A stretch of 62,860 bases of DNA, filler included, from a bacterium (lineage in GTDB: Bacteria; UBP18; UBA7526), in assembly GCA_030615855.1 (NCBI GenBank). It is 5 parts of 5 records of this genome, joined end to end, with 100 filler letters (N's around TTAATTAATTAA, not from the genome) between each part and the next. Parts side by side here need not be neighbours in the genome. Positions count along the whole stretch, not along the records: positions 1 to 22,650 come from JAUWYL010000022.1; 4 more parts are not named here. One strand, written 5' to 3'. Below are positions 1 to 8,147 of this stretch, piece after piece; within the stretch, counting starts at the first letter, position 1; every line of letters begins with the position of its first letter. The notes under the pieces are model-generated. The model worked only from the letters and a program-made list of their open reading frames with translations, was not told where the DNA came from and did no database searches. A program made the translations under genes and the position numbers.

Positions 1-246
1 GACCAGGATTGCACCAGTCAGCCCAATTAAGGGTGCGACTAAGAAACCGGTTCTCCTGCTCCCTTCTGGTAATATGGTCTCTTTACTTAAGAGCTTCAAG
101 ATGTCAGCAAAGGGCTGGTACCAGGGGGGTCCCACCCTCCATTGGATCTTGGCGGTCAGTTTTCTATCTATCCAGGTGGAGAGTAATCCCACTATAGCGG
201 TAAAGATAAAGCCAGGAAAGATAATAAAGTAAAAGATTATTTTCAT
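1..246 (-). CDS. NuoH/HycD-like membrane subunit of group 4 hydrogenase, 5' part (continues at 52959-53780)
   Basis: Manual translation MKIIFYFIIFPGFIFTAIVGLLSTWIDRKLTAKIQWRVGPPWYQPFADILKLLSKE; the R.GPP.QP.AD.LKLL motif is typical of NuoH. Not in the ORF track. Confidence 0.9.
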   Translation of the reverse strand, partial: MKIIFYFIIFPGFIFTAIVGLLSTWIDRKLTAKIQWRVGPPWYQPFADILKLLSKETILPEGSRRTGFLVAPLIGLTGAILV

Positions 247-283
247 CTTCACTTTCCCTCTATTAAATCCGCGTCATCCGTGG

Positions 284-760
284 TTATTCCTTCCTCCAGG
301 GTGTGAGATGGACGAGGAGGTTCTCGCCCACCAGATATTTATTCTTCTTCTCTGTCTCTCTAAACTCTCCATATTTCAAAGCACCATAGGGACAGCTCGG
401 GATACATACTGGCTTCTTTCCGTCTGCCCGATCGATACAGAAGTCACACTTTGAGACAAGATAGGGAATGACCTCGGGATATATGATGCCAAAGGGGCAG
501 GCTAAAGCGCAAGAGCCACAGCCGGTACAGAGTAGATTGCTTCTCTTCAAGGCCCCATCATTCTCCTTCTTCAGGGCTTCCTGGGGGCAAGAGGTGACAC
601 AAGGGGCCTCCTCACATTGGCGACAGACCAAGGCAAAGCTTGCTACTTCTCTTATGGAATCTATTCCCCTGTTGTCAGGATGATAGAAGTAACTACAATC
701 AATGACGCATTCTGGGCACTTAGAGCAGATATCGAGATCGATGAATAATCTCTTTTTCAT
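284..760 (-). CDS. 4Fe-4S dicluster (HycB/DmsB-like) electron-transfer subunit
   Basis: CRQCEEAPCVTSCP, CTGCGSCALACPFG and KCDFC...PVCIPSCP motifs. Confidence 0.85.
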   Translation of the reverse strand: MKKRLFIDLDICSKCPECVIDCSYFYHPDNRGIDSIREVASFALVCRQCEEAPCVTSCPQEALKKENDGALKRSNLLCTGCGSCALACPFGIIYPEVIPYLVSKCDFCIDRADGKKPVCIPSCPYGALKYGEFRETEKKNKYLVGENLLVHLTPWRKE

Positions 761-1513
761 TTAGAAGAACTTCCCTCGTAATTCTCTCAAGGTCTGGAGG
801 TTGCGGGCAGACTGCTTATCCTCAGGATCGATCTCTACTGCCTTTTTGAAGTGTTCCATAGCCTTATCTATGTCTCCCTTATAATAATAAGCGACCCCAA
901 TATAATGGTGGGCAGGAGCCATATCAGGATCCAGGGCTAAGACCTTATTGTACTGCTCAATAGTTTCTTCCAGAAGGCCCTTCCTGGCCAGGGCTGCGGC
1001 CAGATGATAGTGGATGATCTTGAATTCCGGGGCTTTCTTCTCAAAGAGTTTATACATCTCGATGGCTTTATCTAGATCGCCCTTATAGTAATTGACCAGG
1101 CCCAGTCTGAAGTAGGCGATATCGAGGTCGGGGTCTATCTTTATTGCCTTTTGGTATTCAGATAGAGCCTTATCCAACACACCTGCCCTATAGTATACCG
1201 AGCCCAGCTCATAGTGGGCGATGGCAAAGTTAGGATCGAGCCTTATCGTTTTCTTATAATCCCTGATTGCTTTACCCAGTTTCCCCTGATGGTAATAGAC
1301 GTTAGCCAGATCCTTATGAGCTAAGGTATTCTTGGGCTCTATCTCTATCGCTTTCTTATATTCTATAGTAGCCTCCTTTAACTTGCCTACCCGAATATAG
1401 CCCGAGGCTCTATCCATGTAGATTCGCGCACTTGCCTCCTTTAGTTTTGCACCACATTCCTTACAGAACTTGGCATCCCTTGGATTCTTTGTCTTACACC
1501 TGGGACATTTCAT
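761..1513 (-). CDS. Zinc-ribbon plus tetratricopeptide-repeat protein
   Basis: N-terminal CPRC...FCKECG; about six TPR-like units (AI..YKKAI.IDP..A.AH..LG). Confidence 0.85.
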   Translation of the reverse strand: MKCPRCKTKNPRDAKFCKECGAKLKEASARIYMDRASGYIRVGKLKEATIEYKKAIEIEPKNTLAHKDLANVYYHQGKLGKAIRDYKKTIRLDPNFAIAHYELGSVYYRAGVLDKALSEYQKAIKIDPDLDIAYFRLGLVNYYKGDLDKAIEMYKLFEKKAPEFKIIHYHLAAALARKGLLEETIEQYNKVLALDPDMAPAHHYIGVAYYYKGDIDKAMEHFKKAVEIDPEDKQSARNLQTLRELRGKFF

Positions 1514-1528
1514 CTTTCTACCTCCTTT

Positions 1529-2416
1529 TCAAACAAAGGGGTTGGGAACCTCCTTGATCTGACTATATTTAAAGACCGGCCCATCCTTACAGACATAGTA
1601 TCTTCCAATCATGCAGTGGCCACACTGGCCCAATCCACAGGACATATTCCTCTCCATGGAGAGATAGGTATTTTTTGGTGAGTATCCAAGGTCGATGAGC
1701 TTTAGGGTAGTAAACTTCATCATAATGGGTGGGCCACAGACAATGGCAATAGACTTCTTAAGATCGAGAGTAAGATTATTCAATAAGGTGGTAACCAGAC
1801 CAACCCTGCCCCTCCACTTCCTATCCCCCTTATCTACCGTAATGCGCAGCTCCACCCTTTCCTCTTCCCCCCATTTTCTCAGGCCCTTCTTATAGATTAG
1901 GTCTTTCGGGGTGCGAGCTCCATAACAGAGTAGGATCTCTTTATACCTATCTATATCATGCAAAAGGGTCAAGAAGAGGGATCTCAAGGGAGCAAGGCCC
2001 ACCCCTCCTCCTACAATCAGAATCTCCTTCCCCTTAAACTCATCCAGGGGATAGCCAGTACCATAAGGACCCCTCAGGCCAACCTTCTGACCCTTCTTCA
2101 GCTTATGTAATGCTTCGGTAACCCGGCCAACTTTCATTACCGTTACTTCCAGGGTCTCTTTCTCATGGGGAGAAGAGGAAGGAGTAAAGGGGGCTTCCCC
2201 GACACCGGGAACAGTTAGCTGGACAAACTGGCCTGCTTTGAACTCCAGAGGTTCTCTGGGGGATAGGAGGAAAGTCTTTATCTCTGGGGTCTCTCTAATA
2301 ATCTCCTCAATCCTTGCTTCAATGGGCAGGTAAACCTCGTTAGAAGTAATCCGTCCCTTTCGGGATCGGATGCCTCGCCTTTGACGAGGACTTCTAACGG
2401 GGTAAAGATTCCTCAC
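1529..2416 (-). CDS. FAD/NAD(P)-binding 2Fe-2S subunit (sulfhydrogenase gamma / AsrB / PyrK-like)
   Basis: GPYG, VGGGVGLAPL, VCGPPIM and ERNMSCGLGQCGHC...VCKDGPVF motifs. Confidence 0.9.
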   Translation of the reverse strand: MRNLYPVRSPRQRRGIRSRKGRITSNEVYLPIEARIEEIIRETPEIKTFLLSPREPLEFKAGQFVQLTVPGVGEAPFTPSSSPHEKETLEVTVMKVGRVTEALHKLKKGQKVGLRGPYGTGYPLDEFKGKEILIVGGGVGLAPLRSLFLTLLHDIDRYKEILLCYGARTPKDLIYKKGLRKWGEEERVELRITVDKGDRKWRGRVGLVTTLLNNLTLDLKKSIAIVCGPPIMMKFTTLKLIDLGYSPKNTYLSMERNMSCGLGQCGHCMIGRYYVCKDGPVFKYSQIKEVPNPFV

Positions 2417-3435
2417 TTGCTCTCCTCTAATTTCTTGAGTACTTCTCTCATGTCTATCTTGCCCAAACAGCCTTCAACGCACCTTCCGCATCCGGTACAC
2501 ATATAGAGACCAAAGTCATCCTTAAAGTAGTCAAGTTTATGTAAATAGCGATGGCGTAGCCTTTCAGCCAGCCTCGCCCTGGGATTGGCGCCTCCGGCTA
2601 CCTGGGCAAATCCTATATATTGGCAGGAGTCCCACATCCTCATACGATTGAAAGCCCTCTTCTCTTTCTCATCGTATAATAAATAGCAGTGGCAGGTAGG
2701 GCAGATATTGGTGCAGAGTCCGCACTCCACACAATCTCCGGCCTCCTCTTCCCAGAGAGGCGAATCATAATTCTTCTTAACTATCTTTTGATAGGACTTT
2801 TTAGTCTTAAAGGAAGTGTTGGTAGCCTTAAGTAAATTCAAGGTTTTCTTTCTATTCTCCTTCTGCTCCTCTATTTGCTCTCCTGATGGTCGATTAAAGA
2901 AATCCTTAAATCGGGAGATAAGTTCCTCCCCTTTTTCGCTTCCCACTTCAACTAAAAAGCTCTCTTTTAGGGGGGAAAGGTTGAGATCGAAGCCCTTTCT
3001 CGGATAGGGCTCAAGATCTACTAGATTGCAGAAACAGGCATCCTTGGGTTTAGTACAGTCACTACTTATTAGGATGGTGTTCTTCCTCTCTTTTAGATAG
3101 AAAGGCTCTTTATATTCGCCCTCTATAAATACCTTATCCAGGATCTCCAGGGATTGTAAATCGCAGGCCTTCACCCCCAGGAAAATTCTTAGGCCTTCAC
3201 CCTTTTTTATTCTGGAAGGAGAAGGATAAGTAGCCACCCTCTGATTGAGGGAAAAGAAGTAAACCTTCAGGGGCCCAATGGTCCTCACTTCTCCTAAGAT
3301 TATCTCCTCCTCAGATATAAACTTTTGATAGACGAGGTTGCCATTAATCTCTTTTGGATGGTAGAGGGGAGCTTCCTGGGATAGCCTCTCTACCCAGCGC
3401 CTAAAATTTATTTTAGAAAGATAATGAACATCCAT
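2413..3435 (-). CDS. 4Fe-4S subunit (sulfhydrogenase beta / AsrA-like)
   Basis: GVKACD, CFC, CVECGLCTNICPTCHC, WDSC and CTGCGRCVEGC motifs. Confidence 0.9.
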   Translation of the reverse strand: MDVHYLSKINFRRWVERLSQEAPLYHPKEINGNLVYQKFISEEEIILGEVRTIGPLKVYFFSLNQRVATYPSPSRIKKGEGLRIFLGVKACDLQSLEILDKVFIEGEYKEPFYLKERKNTILISSDCTKPKDACFCNLVDLEPYPRKGFDLNLSPLKESFLVEVGSEKGEELISRFKDFFNRPSGEQIEEQKENRKKTLNLLKATNTSFKTKKSYQKIVKKNYDSPLWEEEAGDCVECGLCTNICPTCHCYLLYDEKEKRAFNRMRMWDSCQYIGFAQVAGGANPRARLAERLRHRYLHKLDYFKDDFGLYMCTGCGRCVEGCLGKIDMREVLKKLEESK

Positions 3436-3521
3436 AAAAGTCTCTTTCGAAATAGTCTGTGCTTTTTGGAGTCTTTTCCAAAAGCAACGTTAAGTTTAAC
3501 GTTGCCATTTTTTCACAAACT

Positions 3522-4184
3522 TTATCTTCCTCTCCTACTTAAAAAGAATGAGAGATTCTCAAGTTTTAAGGAAAGATCGACATTACTCAGTCTGACATCT
3601 TTAGGTACGGATATTCTTGCGGGAGCAAAGTTTAAAATGGCCTTTATTCCTGCCTTGGTTAATAGATTAGCCACCTCCTGGGCTGCAGGAGCAGGCACGG
3701 TAATGATCCCTATCTCGGTTCTTTCCTTTCGGATGATGGGCTTTAACTGGGTGATATCGTGGATCACTATTCCTGCCCACTTTTTACCAATCTTCTTGGG
3801 ATCGTTATCGAAGACAGCAACGATATAAAATCCCTGTCTTTTAAAGCCTTTATAGGCCAGAAGAGCGCTCCCTAAATTTCCCACCCCTATCAGGGCTACC
3901 TTCCACTTCCTGGTCAGGCCCAGAATCTTCTGGATCTCTCTCTTAAGCTTTGTTGTTTCATATCCCATCCCTGGTTTACCGAACTGGCCAAAAAGGCTTA
4001 AGTCCTTCCTCACCTGGCTATCGTTTATATCCAACTCCTCTGCTAACTGATAGGAGGCAGTATTATCAAAACCCATCCTCCCCAGTTCATCTAAGACCCG
4101 GAGATAACTGGATAATCGAGCAATGGTTGTTTCTGGTATTTTGGTTTTCCTCACCAACTTTTCCTCACCAGTATCCTTCCCCAT
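3522..4184 (-). CDS. rex: Redox-sensing transcriptional repressor Rex (true start possibly GTG at 4154)
   Basis: IPETTIARLSSY, SQVRKDLS.FGQFG..G.GY, GVGNLG and ILNFAP motifs. Confidence 0.95.
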   Translation of the reverse strand: MGKDTGEEKLVRKTKIPETTIARLSSYLRVLDELGRMGFDNTASYQLAEELDINDSQVRKDLSLFGQFGKPGMGYETTKLKREIQKILGLTRKWKVALIGVGNLGSALLAYKGFKRQGFYIVAVFDNDPKKIGKKWAGIVIHDITQLKPIIRKERTEIGIITVPAPAAQEVANLLTKAGIKAILNFAPARISVPKDVRLSNVDLSLKLENLSFFLSRRGR

Positions 4185-4187
4185 AGT

Positions 4188-4243
4188 TTGTGAATTTTTT
4201 CACAAAGTTAGGAAAAAAGAAGAGTTTGTGAAATTTTTCACAA
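4188..4243. promoter_or_regulatory. Two Rex operators (4188-4205, 4226-4243)
   Basis: TTGTGAA-TTTT-TTCACAA and TTGTGAA-ATTT-TTCACAA match the Rex consensus TTGTGAA-N4-TTCACAA. Confidence 0.9.
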
Positions 4244-4288
4244 AGTTAGGAAAAAATATATATTGACTTAGGTAAGTCAATATAAATA

Positions 4289-4317
4289 ACATTAACATAC
4301 TATTTGGGGTTTGTCAA
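4289..4317 (-). promoter_or_regulatory. Candidate sigma70 promoter for the rex operon
   Basis: TTGACA-17 nt-TAATGT on the minus strand, upstream of the Rex boxes. Confidence 0.45.
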
Positions 4318-4430
4318 CCCCGTTTAGAAATTTTTTTAAAATGTTGTATTCTAATGCGACACTTTGCTCAAGGTCAAATTGCAAATCATAAGATTTAACC
4401 TTAGATCACATAAGAATTTCTACCGGGGTT
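4316..4430. mobile_element. MITE-like TIR element
   Basis: Ends aaccccgtttagaaatt and aatttctaccggggtt resemble the ends of the 2334-2403 insertion. Confidence 0.55.
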
Positions 4431-4453
4431 AAGAACAAAGTTAAAGTTCTTAT

Positions 4454-5656
4454 TCAAGGTTCAGGAAGGGTCTCAAGTTGGGCGAGGCGGGTCTCTTTTA
4501 TTTTATTGAACTCTTTTAGGTACTCTTTCTTGACCGATTTTACTGGGGGGAACTTTAATCTCAAGAAGTTGATGTATCTTCCGTTCTTAATTATTCTGAA
4601 GTCTAAATGGGGGCCGGTGGAGAGGCCACTTGAACCGACATAGCCGATGACCTGGCCCTGGTGCACCTTTGCTCCAGTTCTTATTCCTTTAGCGTATCTC
4701 CTCAGATGGCCGTAGGTGGTATAATATCCTTTTTTGTGCTTTATCTTGATAAACTTCCCGAAGCCCCCCTTCCACCCCTTATAGACCACCCTCCCCTCTC
4801 CAATACTTCTTACCGGTGTTCCGATGGGGGCGGCATAATCGATACCTGGATGAGGACGATAGACCTTCAAGATGGGATGGAACCTGCGATATGAGAAGTA
4901 GGAGCTTATTCTCCTATAACTTAGAGGGGACCTTAAGAATTGCTTCCTTAGAGATTTCCCTTCTTCTGTGAAGTAGCCCCTATGGCCTTCAGGATCCTCG
5001 AAGTAGATGGCGGTATGGGTCTTGTGTCTATTGATATACTGGGCAGCGAGTATCCTGCCATCCGCTAACTTCTTCTCATCCTGCCAGTATTCTTCCCATA
5101 CCAGCCGGAAAGTATCTCCTGGTCGGGGCTCGGTCAAGAAGTCTATCTCCCAGTCGAAGATATCGGCAAAGTCCATGGTCAGAGAAGGCTTCTGACCAGC
5201 GGCTATCATGGCCTCATAAAGGGAGGCCTCTATTCTCCCTTCTACCCTGGCGATCCTCTTCTCAACCGGCAATCTCTCCTTCTTTGCTACTAACTTTCCA
5301 GACTCGTCTTTCTCTATAAGATAGAAGTCGATGGGGCTTACGGTAGTGTAGTATTTAAAATTTTTAAAGTGCCCTTCTAAGTTCCTCTCCAGTTCATAGC
5401 GATCACCGATCTGGGATCTTCTGACATCGAAGACTGGTTTGAGAGCCTTCTCTAAAAGGATTATCTTATCCTTCGGTATCCCTTCCCTTACCAGGGCGAG
5501 GTACAAGGACTCCCCTTTTCTGATCTCTCCCGCCACCACCTCAGTCAGGGAGGAGATGAGTTCCTCCTGGCGGAGATGCTCTACCTTCCTTAAGATAAAA
5601 AGAAAGGCAACGATCACTAGAAAAAGAACAAAAAGGAAAAAAAATCTTTTTCTCAT
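4454..5656 (-). CDS. M23 family peptidoglycan DD-endopeptidase (MepM/Csd3-like)
   Basis: HPGIDYAAP.GTPV, YGHL and STGPHLDFR motifs; N-terminal TM anchor. Confidence 0.92.
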   Translation of the reverse strand: MRKRFFFLFVLFLVIVAFLFILRKVEHLRQEELISSLTEVVAGEIRKGESLYLALVREGIPKDKIILLEKALKPVFDVRRSQIGDRYELERNLEGHFKNFKYYTTVSPIDFYLIEKDESGKLVAKKERLPVEKRIARVEGRIEASLYEAMIAAGQKPSLTMDFADIFDWEIDFLTEPRPGDTFRLVWEEYWQDEKKLADGRILAAQYINRHKTHTAIYFEDPEGHRGYFTEEGKSLRKQFLRSPLSYRRISSYFSYRRFHPILKVYRPHPGIDYAAPIGTPVRSIGEGRVVYKGWKGGFGKFIKIKHKKGYYTTYGHLRRYAKGIRTGAKVHQGQVIGYVGSSGLSTGPHLDFRIIKNGRYINFLRLKFPPVKSVKKEYLKEFNKIKETRLAQLETLPEP

Positions 5657-5665
5657 TTTCTTAAC

Positions 5666-5693
5666 AAAAAACCCCCGAGATATGGGGGGCTTT
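5666..5693 (-). terminator. Probable intrinsic terminator after rplQ
   Basis: Minus strand gcccccc-atatctc-ggggg followed by a U tract. Confidence 0.55.
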
Positions 5694-5727
5694 GGTTAGG
5701 AAGCCTTTCATTCTAATTCGGACCCTC

Positions 5728-6207
5728 TCACCTAAACCGGAACCATTTCTTAAAGAATGGTTCTTTCTTTGCTACTGGAGGTTTTTTCTCTTCTGGCTTT
5801 GGTTTTACTTCCTTAATTTCCCTAGGCTTTTTCTCTACCTTCTCTTTTTTCTTTTCGACTACTGGGGCGACCTTTTCCACCAATTCTATCAGAGCCAGGG
5901 AGGCATTATCCCCCCTTCTCTGCCCCAATCTGAGGATTCGGGTATAACCACCAGATCTTTCCTTAAATTTGGGGCCGATCTGGGAGAAGAGTTTCTTCAA
6001 AATTTCCTTATCTTTGATTACCTTCCCCGCTTCTCTTCTCGAGGCCAGGGTATCCTTCTTTGCCTTACTAATTAGCCTTTCTACCACTCCCCTCACCTCC
6101 TTTGCTCTGGGAAGGGTGGCGGTGATTCTCTCATAACGCAGAAGGGAGGTGGCCAGATTGGAAAGCATGGCCTTCCTATGGGAGGAGGTGCGTCCCAGTT
6201 TCCTCAT
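5728..6207 (-). CDS. rplQ: 50S ribosomal protein L17 with K/E-rich C-terminal extension
   Basis: RKLGRTSSHRKAML, GGYTRIL and RRGDNA motifs. Confidence 0.97.
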   Translation of the reverse strand: MRKLGRTSSHRKAMLSNLATSLLRYERITATLPRAKEVRGVVERLISKAKKDTLASRREAGKVIKDKEILKKLFSQIGPKFKERSGGYTRILRLGQRRGDNASLALIELVEKVAPVVEKKKEKVEKKPREIKEVKPKPEEKKPPVAKKEPFFKKWFRFR

Positions 6208-7193
6208 CTCTTTATCCCCGGAGATAGCCCATAGCTTGTTAAAATCTTCTTTATCTCCTCTAAGGACTTCTTGCCGAAGTTCCTTATCTTCAAGAGTTCT
6301 TCCTCGCTCTTCCTGGCCAGTTGACCGATGGTCTTTATCTGGGTTACTTTAAGGCAGTTGGCGCTGCGCACAGAGAGTTCCAGTTCCTCAATGCTCTTAT
6401 TCAGAATATCATCTATCTTTCTCTCTTCTTCTTTCACCTCAACCTCCTCTTCCTCTTTAGGTTCGGGGAAAGTGATAAAGAGATCGAGGTGGTTCTTCAA
6501 TATCTTGGCAGCAAAGGCCACCGCATCATCTGGCCTGACGCTTCCATCTGTCCAGACCTCTAGGATAAGCCGATCATAGTCTGTGATCTTTCCCACCCTG
6601 GTATTCTCTACCCGGTAACTCACCTTCTTTATGGGAGTAAATATGGAGTCTATGGGAATGGTCCCGATGGGATTATTCTCTTTTTTATGTCTCTCTGCAG
6701 TAATATATCCCCTACCCACATTTACCGCGATCTCCATATTCAGTTTACCCTTTTCATTTAAGGTGGCGATATGGAGGTTAGGATTCAGGATCTCGACATC
6801 GGCATCCTTGGTGATGTGGGAGGCCTTGACCTCTAAAGGCCCTTTGACCTTTAGATACAGGGTCTTGGGCTTTGCTTTATATAGTTTTAGGAGTAGCTGC
6901 TTGAGGTTCAGGATGATCTGGGGAACATCCTCCACTATCCCAGGAATGGTGGAGAACTCATGCTGAACTCCTTGAATCTTGATGCTGGTTACTGCTGCTC
7001 CAGTTAGGGAGGAGAGGAGTATCCGGCGCAGAGAGTTTCCAATGGTTATTCCATAGCCCCTCTCCAAGGGTTGAGCGATGAATTTACCATAGGTATTAGA
7101 GAGGATCTTCTTGTCCCACTCTATCCTCTTGGGTTTGATGAACCCCTTCCACTGGATGCTTATATCCTGCACTTCTCTTTTGGCCTTTGCCAT
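6204..7193 (-). CDS. rpoA: RNA polymerase alpha subunit
   Basis: PLERGYGITIGNSLRRILLSS; alpha-CTD LELSVRSANCL. Confidence 0.98.
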   Translation of the reverse strand: MAKAKREVQDISIQWKGFIKPKRIEWDKKILSNTYGKFIAQPLERGYGITIGNSLRRILLSSLTGAAVTSIKIQGVQHEFSTIPGIVEDVPQIILNLKQLLLKLYKAKPKTLYLKVKGPLEVKASHITKDADVEILNPNLHIATLNEKGKLNMEIAVNVGRGYITAERHKKENNPIGTIPIDSIFTPIKKVSYRVENTRVGKITDYDRLILEVWTDGSVRPDDAVAFAAKILKNHLDLFITFPEPKEEEEVEVKEEERKIDDILNKSIEELELSVRSANCLKVTQIKTIGQLARKSEEELLKIRNFGKKSLEEIKKILTSYGLSPGIKR

Positions 7194-7210
7194 CTATTCC
7201 TCCTTTTTAA

Positions 7211-7516
7211 TCACAGATATTCACAGATTGTTTACAGATAGACACAGATAACAGATGAAATTCGAAATTCTAATATCGAAAGCCCAATGCGCTTTGCTTG
7301 CATTGGAGAGAGTATAAATTTTAAACTCTGACTAAACAATGTCTAAATTCAAATCTCAAAATTCTAAACTGGGAAATCTTTTGTTTTGGTCATTTGGACT
7401 TTAAATATTTGGATTTGTTTCGGATTTAGGATTTCGTGCTTAGGATTTTAAAATCCAGCTGCTACTAAATATCTGTGATCTGTGAGAATCTGTCTTGAAT
7501 CTGTGGCCATCTGTGT
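7211..7516. repeat. Nested inverted tandem arrays between rpsD and rpoA
   Basis: Outer (cacagat)n...(atctgtg)n, inner (aaattct)n...(ggattt)n, plus an internal hairpin element. Confidence 0.85.
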
Positions 7517-7517
7517 A

Positions 7518-8147
7518 TTAACGAGAGTAGTATTCTACAATGAGCTGTTCTTGGATGGGGAGAGCAATCTCTTCCTTCTTTGGTAATCTCACTACCTTCC
7601 CTTTGAGGTTCTCCTGGTCTATCTCAAGCCAGGGAACTTTCTCTCTATCCTGGGAAAGCTTCATAGCCTCTCTTATTCCTACTATCTCTCTACTCTTGGT
7701 CCTGAGAGAGATCTCGTCCCCCACTTTGCAGGAATAGGAAGGGATGTTTACCTTCCGGCCGTTGACTAAGAAGTGACCATGACGCACCAATTGGCGGGCA
7801 CTGGCCCTGGTGAGAGAAAAACTCAGTCTGAAGACGATATTATCGAGTCTTTTTTCCAGAAGCAAGAGGAGATTCTCTCCGGTCATCCCTTTAGCCCTCT
7901 TGGCCTCTGCGAAGTATTTTCTAAACTGCTTTTCCAATACCCCATAGATCTTCTTTACCTTCTGCTTCTCTCTCAATCGCAGGCCATAGTTTGATATCTT
8001 TAGGCGCCTGCTCTTTCCGTGCTCCCCTGGCCTATAGTCCTTCCTAACCAGAGCGCATTTTTCGTTATAGCATCTCTTTCCTTTCAAAAATAGCTTCATC
8101 CTCTCTTGACGACATAGCTTACAACTCGAACCAATCAACCTCGCCAT
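7518..8147 (-). CDS. rpsD: 30S ribosomal protein S4
   Basis: LREKQKVK, RLDNIVFR and ARQLVRHGH motifs. Confidence 0.98.
   Translation of the reverse strand: MARLIGSSCKLCRQERMKLFLKGKRCYNEKCALVRKDYRPGEHGKSRRLKISNYGLRLREKQKVKKIYGVLEKQFRKYFAEAKRAKGMTGENLLLLLEKRLDNIVFRLSFSLTRASARQLVRHGHFLVNGRKVNIPSYSCKVGDEISLRTKSREIVGIREAMKLSQDREKVPWLEIDQENLKGKVVRLPKKEEIALPIQEQLIVEYYSR

Noticed and set aside
9-197. Identical 62-aa ORFs at 9-197 and 52903-53091 suggesting a duplicated gene
   Set aside because: Antisense shadows of the nuoH-like gene within the 141-nt contig overlap.
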